The notes under the pieces were generated by a model. It had not been told where the DNA came from. It was given only the letters and a program-made list of their open reading frames with translations, and searched no databases. From Candidatus Cryptobacteroides sp. (GTDB lineage Bacteria; Bacteroidota; Bacteroidia; Bacteroidales; UBA932): a stretch of DNA of 64,000 bases. The number at the start of each line of letters is the position of its first letter. Position 1 is the stretch's first letter. Location of the stretch: assembly GCA_029257745.1 (NCBI GenBank), contig JARIAS010000075.1, positions 4,165-68,164 on the forward strand. The letters run 5' to 3'. A program made the position numbers and the translations under genes. Shown one piece after another: positions 20,856 to 30,939 of the stretch.

Positions 20856-22472
20856 CTACCTATATTGCTTTAAGAAAGGAGCAAGCACAGCATCTAGCTC
20901 CTCTAAACTAGAAACTAACACTTCCCTTGGCTTAGAACCTTCTTGTGGCCCAACTACTCCTGCAGCCTGTAATTGATCCATTATCATACCAGCCTTAGGA
21001 TAACCTACACCTAATCTTCTTTGCAAATCTGAAGTTGAACCTTTTTGATATGTTACTACCAATTTTGCAGCCTCCTCAAATCTAGGATCAAGGTTTTTCA
21101 TATCAACATTAGACACAGATCCCTCAAATTCATCTGTTTCAGGTGCAGGCAAATAATAAGGAGTATTATAAGATTTCTTATACCCTACCTGCTCAGAAAT
21201 AAACTTAGTTATCTTGTGAGTTTCATCTCCACTAATAAATGCACACTGAACCCTTTCTATTGAACTATTAGCAGAGAACAACATATCTCCTCTACCTATT
21301 AGCTTATCAGCACCGACTGTATCCAATATAGTCTTGGAATCCATTAAAGAATTGACTCTAAATGCTATACGAGTAGGAAAGTTTGCCTTAATAAGACCAT
21401 CTATAACATCTACGGAAGGCCTCTGTGTTGCCAAAATTACATGAATACCTGCAGCCCTACCTTTTTGAGCCAAACGTATAATCGCAGCATTAATACCTTT
21501 AGCTATGGTTTTAGAATCAGAACTTATGCCTGTGCTCATTATTAAATCAGCATATTCGTCTATAACAACTACCAAATAAGGCAAATATTTATGACCTTTT
21601 GTAGGTAATAATACCCTCTTCTTATATTTCTCATTATATTTCTCTAGATTATTGACATTTGCTGCTTGCAATAAATCAAAACGTGCATCCATCTCTACAC
21701 ATAAAGAGCTAAGTATATCCAAAGCAGGCTTGCCGTCATAGGTGATAGCCTTTTGAGCCTCCTCTTCATCACTAGCAGCCGTTGGTAATATTGCTAAATA
21801 ATGTTTCAATAAGCTTCCATAAGCGGTAAATTCCACCTTTTTAGGATCTATAAATACAAACTTTAATTCGGAAGGATGCTTAGTATATAATAAAGACGAT
21901 ATAATCACATTAAGTCCGACAGACTTACCCATCTTGGTTGCTCCCGCCACCAATAAATGTGGGGCATCTATCAAATCAAAAACCTTTACTTTTTGGGAAA
22001 CCGTATAACCTAGACCTATAGGAAGATTATACTTAGAGTCTCTGAAACTTGGGTCAGCCAATACCGCTTTAAATGGAACGATAGAAGAACGTTCATTAGG
22101 GACTTCTATACCAACACTATCACTTAACATTGATATACGTATATCTTTTACTCTAAGCCCTATTGCAATATCGTCTTGTCTTGTTTTTATTGATGCTACC
22201 TTTACTCCAACAGATGGATATACCTTGTACAAAGTAACAGTTGGTCCAACTGAAGCTACAACCTTATCAATAGATACCCCAAAATTACCTAATACTGCCT
22301 TTATCTTAAGATTATTTTTATTTAGCTCAATATCAGAGACTTCATATATCTTATCTTTATAATCATCCAAAAGGTCAATGCTAGGGAATTGATAATTAGA
22401 TAGTTCATCTCGTATATCTATATGAGGTAACTCAGTAGGATTCAAATTGTTAAACTTATCATCAACAATCAC
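20856..22472 (-). CDS. ftsK: FtsK/SpoIIIE DNA translocase, motor (alpha/beta/gamma) portion. The open frame continues upstream to an in-frame TAG at 22680-22682.
   Basis: Walker A GATKMGKSVGLN, Walker B VVVIDEYADL, ATQRPSVDVI, and a C-terminal winged-helix gamma domain (STSDLQRRLGVGYPKAGMIMDQL). The ORF-track start is a GTG, and no ATG lies nearby. Confidence 0.9.
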   Translation of the reverse strand: MIVDDKFNNLNPTELPHIDIRDELSNYQFPSIDLLDDYKDKIYEVSDIELNKNNLKIKAVLGNFGVSIDKVVASVGPTVTLYKVYPSVGVKVASIKTRQDDIAIGLRVKDIRISMLSDSVGIEVPNERSSIVPFKAVLADPSFRDSKYNLPIGLGYTVSQKVKVFDLIDAPHLLVAGATKMGKSVGLNVIISSLLYTKHPSELKFVFIDPKKVEFTAYGSLLKHYLAILPTAASDEEEAQKAITYDGKPALDILSSLCVEMDARFDLLQAANVNNLEKYNEKYKKRVLLPTKGHKYLPYLVVVIDEYADLIMSTGISSDSKTIAKGINAAIIRLAQKGRAAGIHVILATQRPSVDVIDGLIKANFPTRIAFRVNSLMDSKTILDTVGADKLIGRGDMLFSANSSIERVQCAFISGDETHKITKFISEQVGYKKSYNTPYYLPAPETDEFEGSVSNVDMKNLDPRFEEAAKLVVTYQKGSTSDLQRRLGVGYPKAGMIMDQLQAAGVVGPQEGSKPREVLVSSLEELDAVLAPFLKQYR

Positions 22473-22679
22473 ATTAAATTCAGACTCTTTTTCATCAACA
22501 GTCTCCTCTCTGCGATTATAAGTTTTAGAAACAGCATTTAGTTCCTGATTAGGCTCATCTATTTTTTGTCTATCACTTTGAACATTATCGGATTCATTAT
22601 CCTCTTCTCCTATCCTAAATGAATCGTCCCTCCTTTCTTCGCCTGAATCAGCTTTATCTATGCTAGAATTAGTAGTAAG

Positions 22680-23540
22680 CTAAATTGTATTAGCTGTATC
22701 TGTAATATGATTAGCAGTAAGACTGCTATCGACTCTATCTACAATATTATTGCCTGCCGGCTCACTTGAATCAGCTTCATCTATAAGACTGTTATCCACG
22801 GTGCTAATCACCTCATTATCAAGAATATCTACCTCATCTCCTAAATCAGATGCCCTATTTTTCTCTAATTCCAACTTAGCATTTTCTTGTACTATATCAT
22901 CAATTGTACTACTATCTGTCTGCTTTCTATTTTTAAATCGAATGTAAATATTTGAAGACAGTGATACTAAATAATCTTTTATCTTTAGTAGGATATTAAA
23001 ATCAAGAAAGAACAACCATATTATTATCAATGAGACTAAAAAGAATAAGGTTGGGAATGCACCAAACATGTGTATCAGCCAATCTACCACAACTTCTGAT
23101 GCTTGTCCCCCCAATCTGCCATTCAAAAATTCTACCAAGTGCAAAGAAATAGATATAAAGGCTAATAACCAAGAAGAAAAAAATAATAAACTTATAGACA
23201 GCATCAATGTAGGTAACATACGCACCGACTTCAATACTGACATACATTTTAATCCTATAAACAATAACAGCACAGGTATAATCAAGGCTGACATTCCAAA
23301 TAAATCAGAAACTAATACATGTGCTATTTTTGAACCTTGTTGCCCCCCATAATTTTCGACATCACCCAAAACAGAAGAGCCTTGCTGTATCACACTTTGA
23401 TCAGCCTCCCATGTAAAAAAGTAAGAAATAATAGCAAAGCCCAAAAATACTGATACAATGATACATATCACAGCACTTATAAATGAGATAACATTCTTAC
23501 GATCATTATCAATATTTTGCCAAAAGGAAAACAACTTCAT
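22680..23540 (-). CDS. ftsK: FtsK N-terminal membrane-anchor portion. It ends at an in-frame TAG and is in the same frame as the motor ORF.
   Basis: Several TM helices (VISFISAVICIIVSVFLGFAIISYFF, ALIIPVLLLFIGL, LLFFSSWLLAFISI, FPTLFFLVSLIIIWLFF) followed by an acidic linker. Confidence 0.8.
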   Translation of the reverse strand: MKLFSFWQNIDNDRKNVISFISAVICIIVSVFLGFAIISYFFTWEADQSVIQQGSSVLGDVENYGGQQGSKIAHVLVSDLFGMSALIIPVLLLFIGLKCMSVLKSVRMLPTLMLSISLLFFSSWLLAFISISLHLVEFLNGRLGGQASEVVVDWLIHMFGAFPTLFFLVSLIIIWLFFLDFNILLKIKDYLVSLSSNIYIRFKNRKQTDSSTIDDIVQENAKLELEKNRASDLGDEVDILDNEVISTVDNSLIDEADSSEPAGNNIVDRVDSSLTANHITDTANTI

Positions 23541-23543
23541 GTC

Positions 23544-24200
23544 CTATCTTTTTTTTCTTTGAAAATTCCTTTTATTATTCTTACGATTAGATGGCATAAA
23601 ATCCATATTCATTGAAGGTCTTGAAAAATTCTGATCTAATGATAATTTAGATAATTTCATATCTTCAGGTACACTTATTCTATATTCAGACAATTTTTCT
23701 ATATCTTCAAAAATTGTACTATCTGCCACACTATCCTTATTCCAAATCAGGTATTGTTGACGCATATATATAGCCAATGAGCGTAACATCTGAACCTTAT
23801 TTTCGCAATCAGGTTCATTCGCTATCAAATCTATAATATTTTCAATATTCCTACCGTAATGACTAGCCTTAACTGCTTTAGTATTTAGAGGAATAGTCAT
23901 AGGTTTTGCATTAAGATTCTCTGGACTTGGCACAGGATAAGGAGATTCCACATCTAAATTAAAGTCCGCCATAATATAAAGATGATCCCAAAGTCTATGT
24001 TCCCAATTTTCATCAGTATGCACTGAAGGATTTAACAACTCCATAACTCTCACCACTGCCTTTGCCTGCTCTGTCCTCTTAGTTTTATCTTCAATAGTTT
24101 TAAGATACTCTACCATTTTTTGAACATTTCTCCCATATTCAGGCATAGCAAGACTTGTTCTTTCAGTATTATACTCTAATATCACGCTATTATCTTCCAT
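23544..24200 (-). CDS. DUF4290 domain protein
   Basis: LEYNTERTSLAMPEYGRNVQKMVEYL...HRLWDHLYIMADFNLDV matches my memory of the DUF4290 signature. 218 aa with a basic tail. Confidence 0.6.
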   Translation of the reverse strand: MEDNSVILEYNTERTSLAMPEYGRNVQKMVEYLKTIEDKTKRTEQAKAVVRVMELLNPSVHTDENWEHRLWDHLYIMADFNLDVESPYPVPSPENLNAKPMTIPLNTKAVKASHYGRNIENIIDLIANEPDCENKVQMLRSLAIYMRQQYLIWNKDSVADSTIFEDIEKLSEYRISVPEDMKLSKLSLDQNFSRPSMNMDFMPSNRKNNKRNFQRKKR

Positions 24201-24256
24201 CTTTATTTAGATTTATCAAAACATACAAATATAATAAAAAAGACTTAGTTAAGCCA

Positions 24257-27200
24257 TTATGCAAATAGTACTTTTTCCACATTATTATCCAATTTATCAA
24301 CATACCATAAATATGCAGATATATCTGTATATTGCATTGATTTAAATAAGCTTACATAGTTTAAAATTTGCTTATGATAAGACTTCTTAGCTTCGCCAAA
24401 CTTATAATCCACTATCACGACTCTTCCATTCCTAATCAGCACTCTATCAGGCCTATACACACTCCCCTTTTCATCAAATACAGATAGTTCATTATAAACT
24501 CCCTCATGACTCTCACTAAACCACTCATAAGATTCCACAGAATTTATTGCAGACAATAAATACTCTCTTGCCTGAACAGCTTGTTTCTCATTAATTATAC
24601 CTGTGCTTAAAACCCTATCTACTGCTTTATCCAAATCTGCAGGCACAATAATATATGATAAAATTTTGTGCAAGACTATTCCCCTCAACCTATGAGATGA
24701 TTCTATACCTATTGCACATTCTGCAAAAAAATCATCATAATCTGACGTAAAACTTAATCTATCTTTTTTCAACATTTCAGAATCATCATTATAAATAGGA
24801 TAAGAAGAATATGACAAATCTACCTCCTTCTTATTAGAAGATTCCGAAACTGATGAGTCAGATTCATTAGCATAAGGATACATCTCTCCATATATATAAG
24901 ACTGCCTTACAAAATCCTCCTCATCTTTAATATAATACTCTTCGACAAAATTGAGAAAATCTTGCCCATCATCTACGCTTTCTAAGTTAATCTTCTTGTC
25001 ACGATTATGCACATAAGAAAAAATCAGTTGATGCAAATACTTGTACTGAACATCTCCTTTTGAATAAGCTTTTTTAAATGACTCACTAATCTGTTCACTT
25101 ATAATATGCAAAGTTTTAGATGCCCTTGTAAATGCAACATATGCCATATTTAACAAATCTACCCCTTGTAAGAAACTATTATATTCAAAACTAGACTTGA
25201 ACAAACTGCTATATGCTAAATCTGTCAATGGCACTAAGTATGCTATATCAGAAAACAATGAAGAAAAGTCCTCGGCTTCATCTGGAATAGCCCAAATCTT
25301 CTCATCAACTCTTAGCTTTTGTTGTTTGATAGGACATATTACATAGTCATATTCTAGACCTTTTGATTTATGTACAGTAATTATAGTAATAGCGTTCAAC
25401 ACCTCTGGACTTGGTATTTTAGGCTCTACACCCTCCCAATATTTTATAAAAGAATGTAAGTCATTACCATTCCTATCTGTCCAATCCTTCACAATATCCA
25501 TAAATGCCTGTAAATATGCTAAATGTTTAGCTAAATCCTCCTTAGACAAATCTCTGATTAATGCCTCACACAGATCAATAAGACTGTTATACTTAAGGGG
25601 CACTCTAACATCTAGTTGAGATGCCTGATACGAATATATACTGTCATCAGGATTATCAACCAATGAAAGCAAAGACACTATATTCCTTACCATAGGAGAA
25701 GATTTGACAAACAAAGAATCTTCCGAAATAAAAGGAAGCTTAAACTTAGTAAGCATATCTGCTACATTCGCCCCCATCTGCTTAGTTCTCACCAAAATAG
25801 CTATCTGACCATAGGAAGCCCCTTCTTTTATAATTTTATTGATAGCAAAATGTATCTCCTTCAATATATCTGAAGTAAAATCTATACGCACACTCCCATA
25901 CAGATCTTCAGAAGTAGTTTTTGTTTGAGGATAATACTGTTCAACATCTGCGTAAATTTTATTAATCTGATCCCCGTATGGAAGAATATGAGAAAACTCT
26001 TTTTTCAAAAAGTCAAATATATCATTATTAAATTCTATAATCCTTTTTGTACTCCTCCAGTTAGTCTTCAAGCTTTGTTCATTAATATATTCAGGAAACT
26101 CCTCACTTACAACAGTATCCAACAATCTCCAATCTCCTCCACGAAAACGATATATACTTTGCTTTATATCTCCAACGATAAGATTATCCCTATTATTTGA
26201 AACACTTTCTCTAATAAGGGATTTAATATTCTCCCACTGAATTAAAGAAGTATCCTGAAACTCATCTAATAAAAAATTCTCATATCTCACACCAAGTTTT
26301 TCATATATAAATGGTGCATCTGTATTATTGATAATCTTGTTAATTATATCATTGGAATCATCTATACTTATAATATTTTTTTCTAATATCAGATTATTAA
26401 ACTCATTATAAATTTCAGATATAACACCCAAACTAAACAACTGAGTTCTAACTATCATTGCAGTATTATAGTAAACAAGTTTATTCTCCAACAAAGAAAG
26501 TAAGGAAGAGACCTCCTGCTCTAAATCCGTAGATATCAATGATATATACTTATGGTACTTCTTAGGAAACCACATATTCACATCAGGAGCATTCTTAATA
26601 AAGGTTGCTAATTCTATCTTATCACCCACCTTAAGTTTACCTATACTACGTACAGACTTCTCCATAAATGCTCTCATCGTATCTCCCATAGAGATACCAA
26701 GATTTATAAATTCTTCTTCTATTTTCTTTGCACAAGACTTCAAATCAGAAATATAATCAGATGCGAGTTTTTCTAAACTTGTTTTCAATAATGATAAAGA
26801 CTCTTTTGAATATTTTTTTTGAATATCTATATCATTATACTTTATGAGTTGTTGAAAATTATCAGAAAGCACAGATAAGGCCATATCATATAGGCCAGCA
26901 TCTACTTTAAATCTCTCATTTATAGCAATATAATCTAAAGCACTATCTTTAATCCATTCAAATAAATCCCTATTATTTTCATTTATAGAGTCCATAATTC
27001 TATCCACACTCTCATTAATTAGATTAGATTTATCAAGATCTAACTGATAATTAGTGTGTTGCCCTAATTCGTGGGCAAAAGCCTTAAGGGTTCGCTGAAA
27101 AAAAGAATCTATGGTTGATATTGAAAAAGCACTATAATCATGCAATATCTCTTTAAGCACTTTATCGGCTCTTCTTTGTACTTCTGAGATACTGCCAATT

Positions 27201-27439
27201 TTAGTGACAAATTCATTAATATATGCGGATTTATCAGGCTCATTAGCTAATATATACAATTCTTTAACAACTCTTGACTTCATTTCAGCCGTAGCCTTAT
27301 TAGTAAAGGTAATTGCAAGTATATTGCGATAGGCATATGCCTGCTCACTCTCAAGTATTAAGCTGATATATGTTTTAGCTAGTAAAAATGTCTTGCCAGA
27401 ACCAGCTGAAGCTTTTACTAAATTAATCATCTTCCACAA
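24257..27439 (-). CDS. UvrD/PcrA-type SF1 helicase fused to a C-terminal PD-(D/E)XK nuclease (AddA/RecB-like)
   Basis: Motif I ASAGSGKT, LLDEFQDTS (motif II), YRFRGGD, VHKSKGLEYD. C-terminal RPDRVLI...VVIVDYKFG nuclease motif. 1060 aa. Confidence 0.85.
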   Translation of the reverse strand: MWKMINLVKASAGSGKTFLLAKTYISLILESEQAYAYRNILAITFTNKATAEMKSRVVKELYILANEPDKSAYINEFVTKIGSISEVQRRADKVLKEILHDYSAFSISTIDSFFQRTLKAFAHELGQHTNYQLDLDKSNLINESVDRIMDSINENNRDLFEWIKDSALDYIAINERFKVDAGLYDMALSVLSDNFQQLIKYNDIDIQKKYSKESLSLLKTSLEKLASDYISDLKSCAKKIEEEFINLGISMGDTMRAFMEKSVRSIGKLKVGDKIELATFIKNAPDVNMWFPKKYHKYISLISTDLEQEVSSLLSLLENKLVYYNTAMIVRTQLFSLGVISEIYNEFNNLILEKNIISIDDSNDIINKIINNTDAPFIYEKLGVRYENFLLDEFQDTSLIQWENIKSLIRESVSNNRDNLIVGDIKQSIYRFRGGDWRLLDTVVSEEFPEYINEQSLKTNWRSTKRIIEFNNDIFDFLKKEFSHILPYGDQINKIYADVEQYYPQTKTTSEDLYGSVRIDFTSDILKEIHFAINKIIKEGASYGQIAILVRTKQMGANVADMLTKFKLPFISEDSLFVKSSPMVRNIVSLLSLVDNPDDSIYSYQASQLDVRVPLKYNSLIDLCEALIRDLSKEDLAKHLAYLQAFMDIVKDWTDRNGNDLHSFIKYWEGVEPKIPSPEVLNAITIITVHKSKGLEYDYVICPIKQQKLRVDEKIWAIPDEAEDFSSLFSDIAYLVPLTDLAYSSLFKSSFEYNSFLQGVDLLNMAYVAFTRASKTLHIISEQISESFKKAYSKGDVQYKYLHQLIFSYVHNRDKKINLESVDDGQDFLNFVEEYYIKDEEDFVRQSYIYGEMYPYANESDSSVSESSNKKEVDLSYSSYPIYNDDSEMLKKDRLSFTSDYDDFFAECAIGIESSHRLRGIVLHKILSYIIVPADLDKAVDRVLSTGIINEKQAVQAREYLLSAINSVESYEWFSESHEGVYNELSVFDEKGSVYRPDRVLIRNGRVVIVDYKFGEAKKSYHKQILNYVSLFKSMQYTDISAYLWYVDKLDNNVEKVLFA

Positions 27440-30399
27440 ATCTTTTTAAAATCACAATATGCACAGCTATCCAATAAGCTCGTCTTTTTAAATGGAATTG
27501 AAAGATCCTTAATCTCTGCCAACAATTCAGTAAATCTTTTATCCATCAAATTTATAAAGCTAGCAGATACCCTACTTTCTAACAACATATTAGGACTATA
27601 CATTCTAGATAACGAATAAATAGCATTTATAATATTTTTAGTCTTATATTCAGGTATAGTACTAATAAGCTTATAATAAATATATAACTGCAATGCTATC
27701 TTAGGCCAAGACTTCATTTTGTTTACAGAAAAGATTTTTTCCACGATAGATTCAGCATTATCATCATCAATATTAATATCCTCATCCTGCACCTTTCCCG
27801 TTTTATAATCTAATATTCTTATACTTGTTTCATCAAAACTATCCAACCTATCTATATAACCTATAAATCTTAAACCATCAATATTAAATTCCTTAGAAAA
27901 TTCTAAACCAATAATTCTAAATCTATCCAATTTTCGTTCTTCTAAGCTTCTATCATCAGAACGCAGAGTTTGCTTAACGTATTCTAATACAATGTCTCTA
28001 ATTACCAAATTTCTGCCCTCCAATTCCAGGGTCTTTAATTCTGACAACAGCTCTCTCTCTATAACCTTTTTAATATCAAGCTCTCTAGAAAGCAAATCCT
28101 TTATATAAGTTCTTTCTATATATTTCAAGGGCTCCAGTCTAGCATTTTTTATATCCTTTGCCAGATTCTTTATATTGTAATTCATTGACATTGCATCAGG
28201 AGAACTATACAAAGAATACATGGTATTATGATACACACTTCCTATAATACTAGCATCAGCACTCTCTACTACTTCATCCTGTCCTGACAAATGTAAAAGA
28301 TTTGCATAATAAAATTTCAAGCTACAAGTCAGATAATTCTGAATGGCAGACGCTGACAATCTATTATCTTCCAATAGTTTATGATAGTTTTCAGGTTTTA
28401 CAAGTATGTCCTCATTTTCAAATAATGAAGGCTTGGCTATTAAAACCCTTCTATCCAAGGCAAGTTTGTATAAATATTGTAATTGCTTAATATATCGGCT
28501 TTCCTCGCCACTTTGTAATGCTATTTCCCTTGAATCATATACCAACCACACATTTTTTGCCCTCTGTATCATACGATAAAAATAATAAGCCCATACCGCA
28601 TCTTGATACTCATATGTAGGCATATAAAAAGCCTTTCTTAAACTTGCAGGAATAAAAGAATTTGCCACATTCTTTCTTGGGAATATGTTTTCATTACATG
28701 ATAGTATTATAAGATTATTAAAATCTAATGCCCTCATTTCCAGAGGCCCCATAATTTGCAAGCCGGCTAAAGGCTCGCCCCTAAAATGCACTGACAATGT
28801 ACTTAATGCAGATCTTAGAATAGAAAGGTATGTAACAGGTAATATAGCCAAAGACTTCATTCTCAGTTTATTTAAAGTGGAATAAGCCAATACGGTAAAT
28901 GGTAATTCTTTTTTTAGCTGAACAGAATCACTAAGAGACTGTGATACTAACGATAAAATCTCCTGTAAATAGCCCTGCAAATCATCTATCTGGCTTTCTG
29001 ATGCTAGTGATTTATTAGTAATTACAGGTGTAAATATCTTATCAAGTACTGAAAAATCTGCCAGTTCCTTTCTTGATATATAATACTTATTAATAGCTAA
29101 AATCTCCTTTAGAAGCCCCTCATCTCCTATATAGTTTTTTATTAAACTATTAGATAACAAGGATTTAAAATCTCTATGATAGAAATAACATTCATCCTCT
29201 TTATACCTTATATTCAATTGCAAATTAATAGCACTTATAAGTAGCAAATAGCTTTCTGAAGAAAAAAAATCATATCCCATTGTGATATTTATCTCTTCTA
29301 TCTCCTCTGGTATACTATTTATAACGGGATTTAACAATTTTTCATCAGGCAAGACTATTGCAGTTGATAAATTTTCTAATTCCAAATTAGCAATCTTTGA
29401 TATATCTCCATCTGAATAATTATCAGCAATCTCTTGAAATATTAGAGGTAACAATTTTGCTTGCCCTATCGAAGATGGACTTTCTATTACCCTAATATTA
29501 GGTACGGGCAATGCTTCATCAGAATCAATTGGAAAAGCTTGAGGTAGTTGTGCTATATTTTCTTGCATAAAAAAAGATGAACGATTTTTAACATCTTTTA
29601 TTAACTCTGAAGAATAATCCCAGCAAAATTCTGCCAATTTTGCCTTATACAAGGATTTCATTAACACTTTCTCACTTGTAGTTAAAGCATTAAATCCAAT
29701 AAATACAAAATGCTTAGTGCCAAATTTATCTCCAACAATATCAATAGCTGACTCACTCTTAAACCTCTCTGCCAATTCCCTGTACACCATGCCAGCATAT
29801 GACATTGACTTTAATCTCAATCTTTTTTTAAAACTAAGATATAAATCATATAATATATGCCATAAATTAATAAAGCCCTCTTTTATCCCCTCCTTGCTTT
29901 CATCTCCTCTCTGCATTGTATCAAAATTCTTTATAAACCTCCTAATCGCTTCCTTCTGAACTTCGTCTAAGAAGTCATAATCCTGTACCATCTCTTTATA
30001 ATCATAAATATTTGTAAATAAATGCTTAGCATTTACAAGATATTTATCTATCTCATTAAAATCTGAGATCAGCATAGATGCCCAAGATAGAAACAAGTCC
30101 AGACTCTCCGCCTTAATATTTTTCTCTTTATACACTTCATATAACTCCAAAAGCAGACTTAGATTATCAGAGGCAATACTATCTGTTAATGAATAAAAAA
30201 AGTCATTAATAGTATACATATCAGGCACAAAAGTCGCTTTTGCTGTAGATGCAGTGTTTTGAAAATCCTCATACATTATATCTGATAAAGACTTTCTAAA
30301 AAACACAAGTGAACGCCTATTAGGGAAGATAAAACATAACTTATTCTCTAATACATCCTTATAATAATGCCTTGCTATTTGGGATAAAAATGAGTTCAT
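27427..30399 (-). CDS. AddB-like PD-(D/E)XK nuclease with a degenerate helicase fold and a putative Fe-S staple
   Basis: 990 aa. No Walker A at the N-terminus (FIFPNRRS). C-terminal GYIDRLD...IRILDYKTGK nuclease motif flanked by YLTCSLKFY and CAYCDFKKIC cysteines. Overlaps the AddA-like gene by 13 nt. Confidence 0.75.
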   Translation of the reverse strand: MNSFLSQIARHYYKDVLENKLCFIFPNRRSLVFFRKSLSDIMYEDFQNTASTAKATFVPDMYTINDFFYSLTDSIASDNLSLLLELYEVYKEKNIKAESLDLFLSWASMLISDFNEIDKYLVNAKHLFTNIYDYKEMVQDYDFLDEVQKEAIRRFIKNFDTMQRGDESKEGIKEGFINLWHILYDLYLSFKKRLRLKSMSYAGMVYRELAERFKSESAIDIVGDKFGTKHFVFIGFNALTTSEKVLMKSLYKAKLAEFCWDYSSELIKDVKNRSSFFMQENIAQLPQAFPIDSDEALPVPNIRVIESPSSIGQAKLLPLIFQEIADNYSDGDISKIANLELENLSTAIVLPDEKLLNPVINSIPEEIEEINITMGYDFFSSESYLLLISAINLQLNIRYKEDECYFYHRDFKSLLSNSLIKNYIGDEGLLKEILAINKYYISRKELADFSVLDKIFTPVITNKSLASESQIDDLQGYLQEILSLVSQSLSDSVQLKKELPFTVLAYSTLNKLRMKSLAILPVTYLSILRSALSTLSVHFRGEPLAGLQIMGPLEMRALDFNNLIILSCNENIFPRKNVANSFIPASLRKAFYMPTYEYQDAVWAYYFYRMIQRAKNVWLVYDSREIALQSGEESRYIKQLQYLYKLALDRRVLIAKPSLFENEDILVKPENYHKLLEDNRLSASAIQNYLTCSLKFYYANLLHLSGQDEVVESADASIIGSVYHNTMYSLYSSPDAMSMNYNIKNLAKDIKNARLEPLKYIERTYIKDLLSRELDIKKVIERELLSELKTLELEGRNLVIRDIVLEYVKQTLRSDDRSLEERKLDRFRIIGLEFSKEFNIDGLRFIGYIDRLDSFDETSIRILDYKTGKVQDEDINIDDDNAESIVEKIFSVNKMKSWPKIALQLYIYYKLISTIPEYKTKNIINAIYSLSRMYSPNMLLESRVSASFINLMDKRFTELLAEIKDLSIPFKKTSLLDSCAYCDFKKICGR

Positions 30400-30474
30400 A
30401 ATCTAATTTTGAACAAAAATAAATATAACTTGCCTCAAACTAGTAGACAAGCTATATAAATTACATATATTTTT

Positions 30475-30930
30475 CTAAAATTTATCGTCTTCGCTAATAC
30501 CAAAGAGTTCAGCTATATCATCGGGTATTTCTTCATCATAACTTGAATAATCAATATTTGACACCATATCATCCAAATCCCTTCTCTCCTTTTTAGTAGG
30601 CCTTCCCGTTCCCCTATCTCTTTTTATAAAGAATGTCTCAACAGGTGATTTTAATTTATTTAACTCAGTCTCTGGTGTAAGATTCTCTACATATTCTTCC
30701 ACTAACTTTGCAGAAACTCTTGAAGCAAGCAAAGCTTTTACCTTATAAGTATATAAAATAGCCCCTTTTCTAAGTTCTATAAGGTCCCCAATTTCCACAT
30801 ACTTAGATGCTTTTACAGACACACCTGCTATCTTAACTCTATTTCCTTTACAAGCCTCGCTAGCCTCCGTTCTAGTCTTAAAGGCCCTAATAGCCCATAA
30901 AAATTTATCTATTCTTATTTGCGATGCCAT
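30475..30930 (-). CDS. S4-domain RNA-binding protein (Hsp15/HslR-like)
   Basis: IRIDKFLWAIRAFKTRTEASEACKGNRVKIAGVSVKASKYVEIGDLI is an S4-fold signature. Acidic C-terminal tail. Confidence 0.7.
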   Translation of the reverse strand: MASQIRIDKFLWAIRAFKTRTEASEACKGNRVKIAGVSVKASKYVEIGDLIELRKGAILYTYKVKALLASRVSAKLVEEYVENLTPETELNKLKSPVETFFIKRDRGTGRPTKKERRDLDDMVSNIDYSSYDEEIPDDIAELFGISEDDKF

Positions 30931-30939
30931 AACCTGATT

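Noticed and set aside
22680-22682. Possibility that TAG is reassigned (stop-codon recoding), which would explain the ftsK interruption
   Set aside because: TAG terminates other well-defined genes here at their expected C-termini, for example clpB at 4738-4740 and the lipoprotein gene at 7348-7350. No genome-wide reassignment is indicated.
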